Below, piece after piece: positions 62,725 to 64,000 of a DNA stretch of 64,000 bases. Source of the stretch: Styela clava (lineage: Eukaryota); assembly GCF_964204865.1 (NCBI RefSeq), contig NC_135255.1, forward strand, positions 20,336,001 through 20,400,000, given 5' to 3'. Below the pieces are notes generated by a model that saw only the letters and a program-made list of their open reading frames with translations, was not told the DNA's origin and searched no databases. The stretch's first letter is position 1; every line of letters begins with the position of its first letter. The translations under genes were made by a program, and so were the position numbers.

Positions 62725-64000
62725 CGACGACAGATATTTTTCTCACATTTCTAATCAAAAATCTTGTAATCTCGTCTTTTCATGTCTCTGCCATTTTTTG
62801 ATGCGTCAAATCTATCTCATCCAATAACAAACTGAATTCTATATATTTTAAAGTTCCTTTTCTTATATCTTCGCATTTCCGTTAATGACTAGATAAAACT
62901 TTGGATAGCATACACCAGGACTATTCAATTGCATGGCGGATCGCGCGAATCCGGACCATTATGTCCGGAATCTGGACACAAAGTCGACTTATGAATCGTT
63001 TTGTTGATAGCATTGTGGACATTGCTATTATTAAATGTTGCTTAGAAAAAACGCCGTTCTCTGCAGCTAATATATTCCAAATTTTCAGTTGTAAAGTTGA
63101 TTTGAGTTACTAGATAGCTTCTAAATATATATCTATTTTCACATTCATTTCCTATGGTCCTGTTGGGACGAGTATTTCATATCTTTCAGCAAAGTCAACT
63201 GTCAGCTGGACCAGTGTATGGTGGCCCATCGTTGTCACGCGTGAAATGAAAATAAAAAATATAATAAAAAACCGAAAATAAAAAAATAGTTGTGAAAAAA
63301 CATAAAAATAATTGAAAAAAAAAAATGAAAAAAAAATTAAAATTAAAAAAAAAAAAATTAAAAACAAAAACGAAAAAAAAAAAAAAAAAAATTTGAAAGA
63401 AAAAATAAAAATTGAATAAAAAGAAAATAAAAATGTTGACAACGATGGTCCGCTTCGTGGCCCATCGTTGTCACGCGTTTTTATTTTTAGAAAATTTGCT
63501 TCTGCTTGGGACCAACGTTGTCAGGCATAATCCTACGCGCACAAATGTGTTCCCTGGGTTTCCAACTCACTACTGATTTTCTTGAGCAATATTCAATATG
63601 GAAATGTTCTATAAATTCTCCATGCTACAAGTTCAACAAGAAGTAATATATTTATAATAATGATAAGAGAATATAGAATTGAATACGAAAATTCGGAAAA
63701 TTTGTTTTTACGTGTAGAAGGTAATTTAATTGGAGAATGCTGCTTAACTACTCAGTTGTCTGGACACTCGCAATGCCGGTACCGTACCGTCTTACCAAAT
63801 ACCGATAGTCGGTTATAGTCGCTTTGCGTCTGACCGTACCGGTAGCCATGCCATCACTCATGAAAGAATGGGAGATACGGATAGTCTCGTAGAATATAGA
63901 CTACTGAAACACTCTCTGCGCCTGCATCATACCGTACAGCCGTAACGTACCGATCCAGACAAATGATAAATCGCCCGTGCTAAACTATTTATTTCAATCC

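Noticed and set aside
63152-63480. 96-aa Phe-rich ORF and A-rich tract with GTGGCCCATCGTTGTCACGCGT repeats
   Set aside because: Low-complexity translation of a poly-A-like tract, probably repeat-internal or low-quality sequence; not a membrane protein and not a CRISPR array.

Overview
AT-rich eukaryotic (animal) genomic DNA with GT-AG introns; the organism cannot be established from the sequence, although the compact introns and repeat content would fit an invertebrate such as a tunicate (inference only). The ORF track hides the main content, which I assembled by hand from splice sites. It is a head-to-tail (+ strand) tandem array of at least 11 paralogous genes or gene fragments for type-I membrane receptors: 34-nt signal-peptide exon, one divergent CUB domain on two exons, Ser/Thr-rich stalk, TM exon and Tyr-motif tail. 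Two classes share the ectodomain family but have unrelated tails. Class A has a Glu in the TM (SIPEF) and an ITAM-like tail (YEEV-x7-YEEI-x6-YEKV...YVNV). Class B has a neutral TM (SIPGF) and an ITIM tail (IMYSAL...DMYSAV). Four copies look intact (A: 9563-13557 and 41026-44599; B: 21582-25049 and 52498-55960), one predicts a secreted CUB-only protein, four are damaged and two are cut by the window edges. CUB loops are hypervariable and copies are recombination mosaics. This resembles a paired activating/inhibitory immune or self/non-self receptor cluster built on a CUB fold, which I do not recognise as a described family. The window also has a young full-length Ty3/Gypsy LTR retrotransposon in intron 1 of the last gene, several MITEs and local duplications. 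Exon coordinates are hand-derived and unvalidated by transcripts.
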